Positions 1-10,061 of a stretch of DNA of 64,000 bases are shown one piece after another. Position 1 is the first letter of the stretch. Every line of letters starts with the position of its first letter. This stretch comes from Abditibacteriaceae bacterium (GTDB lineage Bacteria; Armatimonadota; Abditibacteriia; Abditibacteriales; Abditibacteriaceae): positions 736,001-800,000 of the forward strand of contig OZ255721.1 in NCBI GenBank assembly GCA_965277285.1, written 5' to 3'. Both the position numbers and the translations under genes were made by a program. The notes beneath the pieces are model-generated. The model was given only the letters and a program-made list of their open reading frames with translations. It was not told the origin of the DNA and made no database searches.

Positions 1-247
1 CATCAACCAGTTCCCAAATACCGTCTTCATTCTGAAATACGAAAATTGGAGGTATTGGTATGCCTAAGAGAAGGGATTCAATGAAGCGCGTTTTTCTTGA
101 TATATCCCATCGAAATAATCTCTGAAACGCAGGGTCGATTATCAACTCTCTTTCTTGATAAAGGTTCATTACCTCACCGAAGGACATTTCATAACCATCA
201 GAAACTATTTCTTTTCGGGCTTTAGCAAGCTCATCTTCTAGAGGCAT
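1..247 (-). CDS. DUF262 domain protein (GmrSD/ParB-like, defence-associated), N-terminal part; runs off the window start
   Basis: Manual translation gives MPLEDELAKARKEIVSDGYEMSFGEVMNLYQERELIIDPAFQRLFRWDISRKTRFIESLLLGIPIPPIFVFQNEDGIWELVD, with the DUF262 motifs FQR..W, ESLLLGIPIP and ELVD(G). GGAG SD lies upstream; low GC. Not in the ORF track. Confidence 0.8.
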   Translation of the reverse strand, partial: MPLEDELAKARKEIVSDGYEMSFGEVMNLYQERELIIDPAFQRLFRWDISRKTRFIESLLLGIPIPPIFVFQNEDGIWELVD

Positions 248-630
248 ATGGTGATTCTCCTGAGCCGTTTTGCCATAGTGTTTCATTTGTCCGATAAAGC
301 GAAAAACTCACTCCTACATTTTAGCAGAATTTGAGCAATTGCCGACGTGTTGCTTCACTTCAAGACCTACCGCATACCATCAAGTCGCTCGCAAGCGAGC
401 TAACTCGTGATTCTACCGCAACTTGTGCCTTTTCTTACCTTATTAATCTTAAACTTATAGAATTGAGTTATTAATGGCGGTCGTTATGCATCTTATGCCA
501 CATTTTTTCTGGCGGTATAATGCCGATTAAAGAGAGTTCTACCGCAATGGAATCACTAACCTCTCTGTTCATTCCGTGACGAAGTGTTATCGCGTACTCG
601 ATATGCCAAATCAACGCATATTTCGCTAAC

Positions 631-2499
631 TCACGTTCCGCGATGGTAAATCCACCATTCCAGACCTAAGAGCGCGAGAGCGGCGAGGACGAACCAACTC
701 CACAGTTCGCGGTTGGCCAGAGGATGGTTTTCGCCGCCGACGCTTTTGCCGTTGCTGACGGGAAGCGCGTCGCGCGGCTGCAAGTCGCTTTCCTGCGCGC
801 TCAGCAAGCTGACGGCGAAGCGGTTTGTCCATTGAGCGTCGTCGCTTTGTGCCGTATAAACGCCGACGCGATCCGCGCCTGAAAATTGTGGCGCCGCCTG
901 ATCGTTGCTGTCGCCATTGTCGGCAATTGCGAGCGTTTGTTTGCTGTTGTCCGGCGTTGTAATCGAAATGTTGCGCACGGTTTTTGGCACGTCGAGTGGA
1001 ATCGGTTGACCAGCGCGCAGGGTTTGTGTATCGCCCAGGCCGTTGGCGCCCGACAGCCAGCGCACGGCGTTGGTGATGAAAATCGGGAAGGCGACACGCA
1101 AAGGCAAATCGGTTTGCGCCAGGTCGAAGCCGCACCACACGACGCGATGCGCGCCACGTTGACCGGCCACAATCAAAGGTGTGCGTTCAGAATCAACCAA
1201 CGTTTGCGCCCACGGTTTGATGGTGACGGCGAGAGCTTGCGCGAAACGCACGTCGCTCCACGGCGCGAACTGCGTGACAGGATTTTTCTTGTCCCAATCG
1301 ACAACCGTTGGCGACGGCGCGACGCCGTTTTTCGTCACTGGCGAATTGGCATCCACCGCGCCGAAAATCAATTGATTGGTCTGGTTTTCGTCCGGCGGAA
1401 TTTGGCCGTCGCACACCACGACATCGAAGTCGCTTTTGGCGCGCGCACTGGCGTAACGGGCGAGGTTGGTCTCAAACAATTTCACTTCGGGATTGATGTT
1501 GAGCGCGCGCTCTAAGAAAAGATTGCCGTCGCTGACCAACAATACGCGGAGGGCACGTTGCGGCGCGATTTGCGTCCACGCGATGTTGTCGGATTTCAGG
1601 TCATCGTCCGCATCGAAGCGCACGCTCCACAAGCCCGGGCCGATATTCAAATCGTCGAAAAGCTGCGATTGTTGATCCTTCGCCCCAATCGTCAAAGGTC
1701 GCACGGCGACAACGTTTCCGTCGCGCGACAGTTCGAGGTTGACGGTTTGTTCGCGGTCGGAAAAGTTGCGCACGGTCGCAAAAATTTGATATTGGCTGCC
1801 CTGCGAATAGCCGCGTCGCGCGTCCAAAGCCGTGATCGCCAGATTGTTGTTGCGGTTGCCGATCTTGACGAATTGCAAGCCGCTCGAACCAGTTGCGACA
1901 TCTTGCAAAGCGGGCACGGAACCATCGCTGAGAACGTAAATTTGCGCGCCCTTTTTGTTCTGCAGAAGCGACGAAGCGAGTTGGATCGCGTCGCCCAGAT
2001 TGTTCGGTGTGTCTCCGGCGCGTGCCAGATTGATGGCGCGTTTGAGCGCGTTTTTGTCGGTTGTCGGCGAAGCTAAAACGCGCGTTTGCGCTCCCGCAGA
2101 AATGATCGTCGCCGAATCGCCAGCAGAAAGCGCGCTCACCAGTTTCAAGGCTTCGTTCTGCGCATGTGCGAAACGACTGGGCGCGACATCGGTCGCCTGC
2201 ATCGAAGCCGAGGCATCCAAAATGATCGCCATATTTTGCCCGCCGATTCCCAGTACGCGCATCGCGGGACGCACCAGAGCGAGGACGCACAGCGCGATAA
2301 AAGCGATTTGCAGCCACATCAACAAACTTGAGCGCAGTTTTTGCCAGGGCGAGTTCGCCTGCAAATCGCGCAAAGCCGTCGGCCACAGCATGGTTGACGA
2401 GATGATGCGCTCGCGGCGCTTCAGTCGCAAAACGTAAAGCAGCAAAATGACGCCGATGAGAGCGGCGTACACAAAATTAAAAGGCGCGAGAATGTTCAT
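631..2499 (-). CDS. BatA/VWA domain membrane protein (MoxR-associated)
   Basis: Start trimmed to MNILAPFNF. N-terminal BatA-like TM segments (LLLYVLRLKRR..SSTMLW), VWA MIDAS motif DASASM, C-terminal LEWW TM motif. Confidence 0.85.
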   Translation of the reverse strand: MNILAPFNFVYAALIGVILLLYVLRLKRRERIISSTMLWPTALRDLQANSPWQKLRSSLLMWLQIAFIALCVLALVRPAMRVLGIGGQNMAIILDASASMQATDVAPSRFAHAQNEALKLVSALSAGDSATIISAGAQTRVLASPTTDKNALKRAINLARAGDTPNNLGDAIQLASSLLQNKKGAQIYVLSDGSVPALQDVATGSSGLQFVKIGNRNNNLAITALDARRGYSQGSQYQIFATVRNFSDREQTVNLELSRDGNVVAVRPLTIGAKDQQSQLFDDLNIGPGLWSVRFDADDDLKSDNIAWTQIAPQRALRVLLVSDGNLFLERALNINPEVKLFETNLARYASARAKSDFDVVVCDGQIPPDENQTNQLIFGAVDANSPVTKNGVAPSPTVVDWDKKNPVTQFAPWSDVRFAQALAVTIKPWAQTLVDSERTPLIVAGQRGAHRVVWCGFDLAQTDLPLRVAFPIFITNAVRWLSGANGLGDTQTLRAGQPIPLDVPKTVRNISITTPDNSKQTLAIADNGDSNDQAAPQFSGADRVGVYTAQSDDAQWTNRFAVSLLSAQESDLQPRDALPVSNGKSVGGENHPLANRELWSWFVLAALALLGLEWWIYHRGT

Positions 2500-3062
2500 T
2501 CGAGTACTCGATTGCGCAGTTTCCACGCGGAACGTAGGATTCCATAACAAACCATGTCGTGACGTTCGCCGTAGCGCAAAATATGTTCGCGCAAAACGCC
2601 TTCGTGCGTCATGCCGTTTTTTTGCATGACGCATCCCGATGCTGGATTGCAGCCCAGATGACGCGCATAAATTTTGTGCAGATTGCAGTTTGAAAAACCG
2701 TAATCAAGAATTATGCTTGCGGCTTCGCTGCAAATTCCCTGGTTCCAGAACGGCACGCCGATCCAATAACCAATTTCCGCGATGTTGTTCGCCTTATCGA
2801 AACCTAAACTGATGCAGCCGCACAATTCCTGCGTGGCGCGCAAAACGATGGCAAAGTTGTGGATTCGGTTGGAAGCGAAGTTTTCGACGTGCGTGGCGAT
2901 CCAGCTTTCCGCCATGCCGTCTTCGTAAGGATGCGGAACGGTCAACGTCATGCGCGCGATATTCCATTCGCCCGCCAAACGCTGCACAGCGTTGGCGTTT
3001 TGCATATGAAAAGAACGCAAGATCAAACGTTGCGTTTCCAATGTTGGTTGCGAAGTGTTCAT
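2496..3062 (-). CDS. GNAT family N-acetyltransferase (RimJ/RimL-like)
   Basis: MNTSQPTLETQRLILR...AEIGYWIG...WNQGI...NPASGCVMQKNGM..EG.LR motifs; stop overlaps the next start (ATGA). Confidence 0.9.
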   Translation of the reverse strand: MNTSQPTLETQRLILRSFHMQNANAVQRLAGEWNIARMTLTVPHPYEDGMAESWIATHVENFASNRIHNFAIVLRATQELCGCISLGFDKANNIAEIGYWIGVPFWNQGICSEAASIILDYGFSNCNLHKIYARHLGCNPASGCVMQKNGMTHEGVLREHILRYGERHDMVCYGILRSAWKLRNRVLE

Positions 3063-3090
3063 AGCGATTCGAGTACTCGATAGTTGGGTT

Positions 3091-4368
3091 TTACGCGGTT
3101 GACAAGTCGGGTTCGACCAAAAGCGCAGCGGAATTTTCGCGTGACAGACGCCGTGTTTCACCAATGAAAAGTACAACAATTGACACCCAGCACAACATTT
3201 CCAGTAAAACCATGACCTTGGTAAGGAAGGGCGGCGGCCAGGATTCAACAGGATATTTAGTCCAGACGAGAGCATAATTTAACGAAACATAAAGCCCGCT
3301 CACGATATAGAATATTGTCGCAGCTGACATCTGCAATGCCACGACCAACGGCGCCAGCCACACCAGATATTGAATGCCAAAGGCGGGCGTCAAAACCATA
3401 AACAGCAACATTAGCATGGTGCACTGCTGAAACAAATCAGGTTTGCGGCGTAAGCGGTTCATCCAAATCGTGTTTAAAAGCAGCGACGATAGCAACAAGA
3501 AGCGGCCATTATGCATGAACAAAAAGTCAATGATTCCCCATTCGGGAGGCAAAAGCCGGAGCCAGCGCGAAATTCCCCAGGTACCATAAAGTCCGTTGTA
3601 GCCGAAAGCGCGATGCCAAATAAAAATCGGGTTCTGGAAAAAATAAGGCCACCCAGCGCAAAAGATAGTCGCCGCAACCACTATCGAGTACTCGAGACGT
3701 CGTCGCGGCTCGTTCAAGAACAGCAGGAAAAGAGGCACGAAAATGAGAGGCATCAACTTAATGTTCAAGCTCATGCCAAACGCTAGGCCAACCATCCAAG
3801 CCGCCTGCCTGCGCTGCAAAAACAACAGCGACAGCAAGAGTAAAAACATCATAATCGAATCGGTGTTGCCGTGAAATCCTGACACCCAGATTGTCACCGG
3901 CGCACCGATATAAAGCAGATAAGCCCACTGGGAAGTGATTTGATGTTCCGCGACAGCGCGCTCTTCGATGATTTTCCATAACACCAACGTGCTTCCGACA
4001 TCGGCAGCAACCGACGCCAGGCGCAAGCAAAACGCGAAAGGCCATGCTGTTAGATCTGAGAAAAAGCGGATGCCACGCGTGAAATACAGCATGAACGGCA
4101 AGTAGTTGAACGCTGCATTGGTCGCCAAAGAACTGTGATAAAGGCTCCAGCCTCCGCGCCTCAGGATAACATCGCTGAAATTTTTGTAGGTGCCGACATC
4201 CTGCGTTCCTGGCGAAGCCCACGCGAGGTAAAGTTTCAAGAGTAAAGCTATAAATCCAACCATCACAAGACGCTGTTTCCAGCGCTGCGAAAACACTTCA
4301 GCTAATGCATCACCCTTGGCTTGATGTGCAGCTTTCATGATTGGGTATTTCATCTTTACTGGATTCAT
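3091..4368 (-). CDS. GT-C fold membrane glycosyltransferase (GT87/mannosyltransferase-like)
   Basis: Polytopic membrane protein with FNYLP, GFHGNTD, IKLMP and QYLVW motifs; start overlaps the DUF58 stop. Confidence 0.7.
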   Translation of the reverse strand: MNPVKMKYPIMKAAHQAKGDALAEVFSQRWKQRLVMVGFIALLLKLYLAWASPGTQDVGTYKNFSDVILRRGGWSLYHSSLATNAAFNYLPFMLYFTRGIRFFSDLTAWPFAFCLRLASVAADVGSTLVLWKIIEERAVAEHQITSQWAYLLYIGAPVTIWVSGFHGNTDSIMMFLLLLSLLFLQRRQAAWMVGLAFGMSLNIKLMPLIFVPLFLLFLNEPRRRLEYSIVVAATIFCAGWPYFFQNPIFIWHRAFGYNGLYGTWGISRWLRLLPPEWGIIDFLFMHNGRFLLLSSLLLNTIWMNRLRRKPDLFQQCTMLMLLFMVLTPAFGIQYLVWLAPLVVALQMSAATIFYIVSGLYVSLNYALVWTKYPVESWPPPFLTKVMVLLEMLCWVSIVVLFIGETRRLSRENSAALLVEPDLSTA

Positions 4369-5240
4369 TGCACCAAGCCTGAGCCACGCAACAATCGCAA
4401 AACTGTGGTTTCGACCGGAACATCGTTGGAAACCTGAACGTAGTTCATGCCCAATTTGAGGCAAAAGGCGCGTAAATCGGCGCAATGCGCATCAATATTG
4501 GTTTTGTAAGTGCGTCGCAAACTGTCGCTCACCGTGACTTCGCGGATGCGGCTGCGGTTTTCCACGTCCACCAATTTCAAGTCGCCAACGAGTACTGGAT
4601 GGAGTTCTTCGCGGTCTAAAACTTGAATCGCCGTCACGTCAAAACCACGAGCCGCGAGCGTTTTAAGCCCGTTTTCGTAACCTTGCGGCAGCAGGAAATC
4701 GGACAATACAACGGCAATGCCGCCGCGACGCGCCTGCAGCGCCACGCTTTTGGTGGCGGCTGTCAAATCGGCTTCGCCAGCCGCGATTTGAGCTTCCAGA
4801 AAATTGAATAATCGCGGTGGCGCACCACGTCCGCGCGACGGCGGAAACCAGGCGCGCACGTTGCCATCGAAAACCGCCGCACTCACGCGGTCGAACGCCG
4901 TTAGGCCAATATAACCCAGAGCGCCCGCGATTTGTTCAGCCAAAAGTAGTTTGGTTGGCGTGCCAAAACTCATGGAAAGGCTGGCATCCAGCAACAACGT
5001 GATGTCCAAGTCTTCTTCTTCCAAAAACTGTTTGAGATAAAGTTTCTCGAAGCGTCCGTAAGCGTTCCAATCGATGCGGCGAAGGTCGTCGCCCAGGTTG
5101 TAAGGGCGAAAATCGGCGAACTCGACGGAGGCGCCGCGCTTTTGCGAACGTTTTTCGCCGCGCGCCGAACCGCTGAACATGCGGCGCGAATGCAGCGCAA
5201 GAGCATCCAATTGACGAAGAAAAGGGGGCGAAAGCAGCAT
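4365..5240 (-). CDS. DUF58 domain protein (MoxR/VWA associated)
   Basis: G.SVEFADFRPY..GDDLRRIDWN, LLLDASLSM and VLSDF motifs. Confidence 0.92.
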   Translation of the reverse strand: MLLSPPFLRQLDALALHSRRMFSGSARGEKRSQKRGASVEFADFRPYNLGDDLRRIDWNAYGRFEKLYLKQFLEEEDLDITLLLDASLSMSFGTPTKLLLAEQIAGALGYIGLTAFDRVSAAVFDGNVRAWFPPSRGRGAPPRLFNFLEAQIAAGEADLTAATKSVALQARRGGIAVVLSDFLLPQGYENGLKTLAARGFDVTAIQVLDREELHPVLVGDLKLVDVENRSRIREVTVSDSLRRTYKTNIDAHCADLRAFCLKLGMNYVQVSNDVPVETTVLRLLRGSGLVQ

Positions 5241-5561
5241 AAAGAAACGCCAAGAAAGTGCGACAGGAGCGCGGCGGCAGCAGACCTTGCAGGAAACCTT
5301 ACGAGACAACTGTAACAATTATACGGCTTGCGCGCTCTTGAGTTGGGGCGCACGTTTCTCGCGCGTTTTATGAGCAGTGAAAAGAAGGTTGAAAAGCCAT
5401 GGAAAAGTTGTCCCTGATGGCTTGCGTCACGCCTGCGAAATGTGCTATATTTAACGTCCGTTGCCCACGAGTTCGCCGTTTCGAGTTGTTTTTGCGACTT
5501 TTGCAAATCGAGTACTCGAATGTTCGGGCGAACCTTTTGTTGGCTTGTTGTCGTTGTGCAT

Positions 5562-5633
5562 GGCGCTATCGTCTATCGGTTAGGACACGGCCCTTTCAAG
5601 GCTGAAAGACGGGTTCGACTCCCGTTAGCGCTA
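5562..5633 (+). tRNA. tRNA-Glu(TTC)
   Basis: Cloverleaf: acceptor stem GGCGCTA/TAGCGCT, anticodon arm CGGCC-CTTTCAA-GGCTG, T arm ACGGG-TTCGACT-CCCGT. CCA is not encoded. Confidence 0.95.
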
Positions 5634-5766
5634 TTTTTCCGTCGTAATTTTTGTATTGGCCGTTCTTTGATCTAAGCTTCGGTTTGCTGTGAAGCGCGAG
5701 TCAAAGCCTTCCGCAGGGCCAATTTTGTATTGCCGGCCTTGCTTTTTTGAAACCTTCAGGTGATTC

Positions 5767-6798
5767 ATGCAAGCGCTTCGTCCCGGCGACATTCTCATTG
5801 TAGATTCCGACCCCGAATTTTTGTCTATTGCCTGCGATGTCCTGATACAACAGGGACACATGGTAATGACGTGTCAGACAGGACGCGAAGCACGTCGCCA
5901 TTTGGAGCGCGTGCCTTACGACATCGTGATTTGCGGCTGGCGCTTGGAAGATGAAGAAGGTTCGGAACTTTGCGAGTTCATCAAGACCAATCCCGACCTG
6001 CCTAATATCGCGGTCGCTTTGTTAGTCGATGATGCCGCCGATGATTTGTGGCTGGCCAATGTTTTCGCGGCGGGTGGCGGCAAGGATCGTAGCGGCACGC
6101 CGGACGATCTCATTCTTAAAACCGCGAGTAGCCGCGAAGTCGGCGTGCGCGTGCAAAGCCTCTTACAAATGCGCCGCTATCGCCAGGAAATCGGCAACGC
6201 TCTCGAAACCATCATGGCGATGGCCGAAGGCATCGAAGAACAAGATCGTCGGGCGCGCGGACATTGTAAGCGCTTGGCCGTGATGACGATTGAACTGGGT
6301 GCGGTTCTCGGTTGCGACGATTGGGAACTGACGGCTTTGGAGCGTGCCGCCTATTTGCACGACATCGGAAAAATCGCCATTCCAGGCGCAATTATTTCCA
6401 AAACCGAAGCGCTCACGCCGCGCGAAATGGACATCATCAAAAGCCATGTCGTATTGGGCGAAAAGTTGTGCGAGCCGGTTGCGGGATTGAAGCCGGTCTT
6501 GCCGATTATTCGCCATCACCACGAGCGTGCCAATGGCACGGGTTATCCCGACGGTTTGCGCGGCGAATTTATTCCGGTTCTGGCGCAGATTTTTTCGATT
6601 CCCGATATTTACGACGCGTTGCGGATGTGGCGGCCTTTTCGTACGCCGATGAGCCAGGCGCAGGCGATTGAAGTGATGCGCCAGGAAGTCGCGCAAGGTT
6701 TCTGGAATCGCCACATTTTTGAAAGTTTCACCACGAAAGTGTTGCCTGGTCTGGAAGATAGACTGGACTCGATTCATGCGCTGTGGCCGTCAGTTTAG
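5767..6798 (+). CDS. Response regulator receiver + HD-GYP c-di-GMP phosphodiesterase (RpfG-like)
   Basis: N-terminal REC-like domain (atypical: YDIVICG where the phospho-Asp is expected), LHDIGK, HHER.NGTGYPDGL. Confidence 0.9.
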   Translation: MQALRPGDILIVDSDPEFLSIACDVLIQQGHMVMTCQTGREARRHLERVPYDIVICGWRLEDEEGSELCEFIKTNPDLPNIAVALLVDDAADDLWLANVFAAGGGKDRSGTPDDLILKTASSREVGVRVQSLLQMRRYRQEIGNALETIMAMAEGIEEQDRRARGHCKRLAVMTIELGAVLGCDDWELTALERAAYLHDIGKIAIPGAIISKTEALTPREMDIIKSHVVLGEKLCEPVAGLKPVLPIIRHHHERANGTGYPDGLRGEFIPVLAQIFSIPDIYDALRMWRPFRTPMSQAQAIEVMRQEVAQGFWNRHIFESFTTKVLPGLEDRLDSIHALWPSV

Positions 6799-6810
6799 AA
6801 TTGTTTGTTG

Positions 6811-6855
6811 AACGCCATCGAGTACTCGAAGTGAGTATTCGATGGCGTTTTTTTA
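6811..6855 (+). terminator. Intrinsic terminator whose stem is built from the 12-bp palindrome
   Basis: AACGCCATCGAGTACTC-gaagt-GAGTATTCGATGGCGTT followed by a T tract, just after the HD-GYP stop. Confidence 0.8.
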
Positions 6856-7198
6856 AGTTCTGTTAAGAAGAATTGATCGTTGTTCGGAAGTTTGCAAGTT
6901 GTCATTGTAAACGGGTGTCAACAAAGTTCGGGCCGGGCGTAAAAGAAAGGGTATGGCTTAAATGGTGAATTTTGCAGACAAATTCGCATTGATTGGCACT
7001 TCAACGAACCCGGGTGCCATTACCAAAGAAGGAATGTGTCGCGCGCGAAGCGAGAAACCTTAATGGTGCGCAAAGCCGAAGGTTTCTCACTTCGCGCAAT
7101 AAGAATACGATGCCGCTCTTCTTCATTGTCCACATTTGATTTGTGGCCTCGCGTGGTGATGCGACGAGCTTTTGTCTTAGTTTGCGATTTCATTTTTC

Positions 7199-8824
7199 AT
7201 GCCTGTCACAGTGCGTTGCGGCGATCCCGCGTTCGATGATTTGCCGGTCGCGTGCGAAGAATGGCTGCGCGCGTCGTCGCTCGTCATCGCTCTGAGTGGC
7301 AGCGATTTTCCCGCGTCAGGACTTCCGGGTGCGCGCGATTCCATTCTTCGCGGCTATCAAACTTCTGCTACAGCGCTCATCAACTTGAACGATCATGCGC
7401 AAGCCTTGTGGGGCGGTGCGTTTTTCCAGACCGACGTTTCGTCCGCTGTCGATGCGCAACTGCGCGCGCCGCGACCCGATGGTTCGCTCTTCGACCGCGT
7501 GCGACCTTTGCCATGCGACGAAATTTCTTCACACGAATCTTTCGATGATCTGTTGCGCAACATTCGCTGGGAGCGCGAAGAATTGCAAGCGCAAAGCGAA
7601 AGTTGGGCGGTTCTGGCAATTTATCGCGTGTGGCAGGCGACGGGCGATAAAAATGCTCTGCTTGCTCGTTTGCCAATTTTGGAACGTGCGTTGGAGTATG
7701 CGCGGCATCATCCGCAGCGTTGGTCGAGCGAACTGGAATTGCCTAAACGTGCCTTTACTTTGGACGCGTGGCCGCTTGAATTCGGGCGCGAACCGAGTAC
7801 TCGAACCTTCGATGAGCACACAAAATGGTGCGTTCATGCGGGCGATGCGTGTCGCTTGTTTCAAGCGTGCCAAGCTTTGGCGCAAATGTTTGGCGCGGTC
7901 GGGCAGGCGAGCGATCAGGAAAAATGGCGCGAGCGAGCGACGCATCTCGAAGCGCAATTGAACTCCGTCGGTTGGAACGGTAATTTTTACAGCCATCAAA
8001 TTCATCTTGATGCGGTTCGCGTGCGCGGCGTCGATGAAGCGCGCCAACTTGCGGCGTGCAACGCGTGGGCGATAAATTCAGGTCTGGCGAGCCATGAACA
8101 ATGCACTTCTATCTTGCGCGAATATATGAGGCGGCGCGAACTCAATCTTGAGAAATCGTTTTGCGAATGGTGGAGCATTCAGCCGCCTTTTTCCGCTGAA
8201 AGTTTCGGCGTCGAGCCTGGCAATGGCGCGAACGGCGGCATCTGGCCGGTTGTTGGAGGCGAAGTCGCGCGCGCCGCTCTCGCGCACGGGCACGAAAGTT
8301 ATGGCGTGGAAACCTTACGGCGCTTTCACGATCTGGCGCTGAAAACGCGACGTTTGTGGCCGTGCTACGCGCTCGATGGAACGCCACAGCGACAAGTCGA
8401 GTACTCGAATCGCTCGGTTGCAACGACTTCGCATGATGCGGTCGCGGCTTCGGCGTTTTTGCGTGCTCTGGTTGAAGGCGTCTGCGGCGTGCGCGATGAC
8501 GACGCGTTATTTTCTTCTATTACGCTCGCTCCACGCTGGCCTGCCACAGGTCAAGCCAGCGCCGAAGTCGAGGTTTCCTATGCGGGAAATGCGGCTTATG
8601 TCACCTATCGCTGGGCGCTCGATGGCGGGCGCATGACGTTGGATTACGAATCAAAGGCCAAGCACATCGCTTTTGATTTGATGCTGCCGCGCGGCAACTT
8701 GCCTGAACGCGTCGCCTTGAACGGGCGCACACACGAATACGCGCTGGTTCCCGTAGAAAAAAGCAAATACGTCCGTTTTGAAACCGATAAAAAACGCGGT
8801 ACAGTTGCCATTACATTAAAATAA
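7199..8824 (+). CDS. Putative (alpha/alpha)6-barrel glycoside hydrolase-like protein
   Basis: Long ORF with W.ATGD, L...WNG.FY and NGG.WP...GE segments typical of six-hairpin glycosidase-like proteins; family uncertain. Confidence 0.55.
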   Translation: MPVTVRCGDPAFDDLPVACEEWLRASSLVIALSGSDFPASGLPGARDSILRGYQTSATALINLNDHAQALWGGAFFQTDVSSAVDAQLRAPRPDGSLFDRVRPLPCDEISSHESFDDLLRNIRWEREELQAQSESWAVLAIYRVWQATGDKNALLARLPILERALEYARHHPQRWSSELELPKRAFTLDAWPLEFGREPSTRTFDEHTKWCVHAGDACRLFQACQALAQMFGAVGQASDQEKWRERATHLEAQLNSVGWNGNFYSHQIHLDAVRVRGVDEARQLAACNAWAINSGLASHEQCTSILREYMRRRELNLEKSFCEWWSIQPPFSAESFGVEPGNGANGGIWPVVGGEVARAALAHGHESYGVETLRRFHDLALKTRRLWPCYALDGTPQRQVEYSNRSVATTSHDAVAASAFLRALVEGVCGVRDDDALFSSITLAPRWPATGQASAEVEVSYAGNAAYVTYRWALDGGRMTLDYESKAKHIAFDLMLPRGNLPERVALNGRTHEYALVPVEKSKYVRFETDKKRGTVAITLK

Positions 8825-8828
8825 AATT

Positions 8829-8909
8829 AACCACCAAAACACAAAGTTCACCAAGAGAATAGAGTATTTAGCTCACAATTTTCTTGGTGTGCTTTGTGTC
8901 TCAATGGTT
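8829..8909. repeat. REP-like hairpin family B (ACCACCAAG.CACCAAG...CTTGGTG.CTTGGTGGT), degenerate copy
   Basis: Intergenic inverted repeat; related copies at 36426-36524 and 50117-50214. Confidence 0.7.
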
Positions 8910-8921
8910 CAAAAAGAAATT

Positions 8922-10061
8922 ATGGACAAGTTAAAAATCGGCATTATCGGCTTGGGCAATATGGGTGCAACGCACGCGCGCAACTTGCCACAGGTGGAAA
9001 ACGTGGAAGTCGTCGGCGTTTGCGACGTGGACGCCGAACGCGCCCTAAAAATCGGCGAAGAAACCGACATTGCGGCGTTTTCAGACGCTTCGCAAATGAT
9101 GCAGGAAAGCGGTTGTCAGGCGGTTTTGATAGCGACGCCGCATCCCTTCCATCGCGCGGCCTGCGAAGAAGCGGCATCGCGCGGGTTGCACGTCTTGTGC
9201 GAAAAACCGCTGGCGGTTCATGTCGCGGACGCGGACGCGATGGTCGAAAGTTGCAAGCGTGCAAACGTGATGCTGGGCGTTGTTTTTCAGCAGCGCACAG
9301 AAACATCGCGGCGCGCTATGAAGAACCTGATTTCGCAAGGCGCGATTGGCGAAATTTATCGCGTGGCGATGAGCGCCCCTTGGTATCGCCCGCAATTTTA
9401 TTACGATTCGGGCGCCTGGCGCGGCACCTGGAATGGCGAAGGCGGCGGCATTTTGATGAACCAGGCGCCGCATTCGCTCGATCAATTGCTGTGGCTGGGC
9501 TTGCCGCCGCAAAGCGTGCAGGCGCTTGTGAGTACGCGATTGCACAACATCGAAGTCGAAAACACCGCGCTGGCGATTCTCGATTATGGCAACGGCGCGA
9601 CCGGAACTTTGTCGACTTCAACTGCGGAAATTTTAGGTTCTGAGCGCATCGAAATCTTTGGCGAGCAAGGCGTTTTGAGTTGGGAAAACGGCAAGCTGCA
9701 TCATTATATAGGGGAAACTTCGTTGACAGAACATTTGCAAACTTCAAACGAAGCGTTCGGTTCAATCAAGGGCGACTGGCACGATGTTGACATCGAGACG
9801 ACAGCAAACCATGGCGAAACGGCGCCCGGCGGCGCTTCAACAGGCGGCCACAATGCGATTGTTTACGCTTTTGCCGATGCCGTTACGAGCAACGATGAAA
9901 GCAAACTCATCGCGCGCGGCGAAGATGGCGTCGCCTCGCTCGAACTGGCGAATGCAATTTTGATGGCTGGCATAACGCGCCGCGAAGTTTCATTTCCTCT
10001 GGATCGCGTGGCTTATCAAGAATTGTTGGCAAAACTGCAAAATGGTGAAACAAAGGTGTGA
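8922..10061 (+). CDS. Gfo/Idh/MocA family oxidoreductase
   Basis: KIGIIGLGNMG, IATPH..H, HVLCEKP, GGGILMNQAPHSLD. Confidence 0.93.
   Translation: MDKLKIGIIGLGNMGATHARNLPQVENVEVVGVCDVDAERALKIGEETDIAAFSDASQMMQESGCQAVLIATPHPFHRAACEEAASRGLHVLCEKPLAVHVADADAMVESCKRANVMLGVVFQQRTETSRRAMKNLISQGAIGEIYRVAMSAPWYRPQFYYDSGAWRGTWNGEGGGILMNQAPHSLDQLLWLGLPPQSVQALVSTRLHNIEVENTALAILDYGNGATGTLSTSTAEILGSERIEIFGEQGVLSWENGKLHHYIGETSLTEHLQTSNEAFGSIKGDWHDVDIETTANHGETAPGGASTGGHNAIVYAFADAVTSNDESKLIARGEDGVASLELANAILMAGITRREVSFPLDRVAYQELLAKLQNGETKV

Noticed and set aside
7041..7097. Hairpin with GCGCAAAGCC resembling a c-di-GMP-I riboswitch near the HD-GYP gene
   Set aside because: The GNRA-capped P2 and the P3 elements are not recognisable; it looks like a simple inverted repeat.
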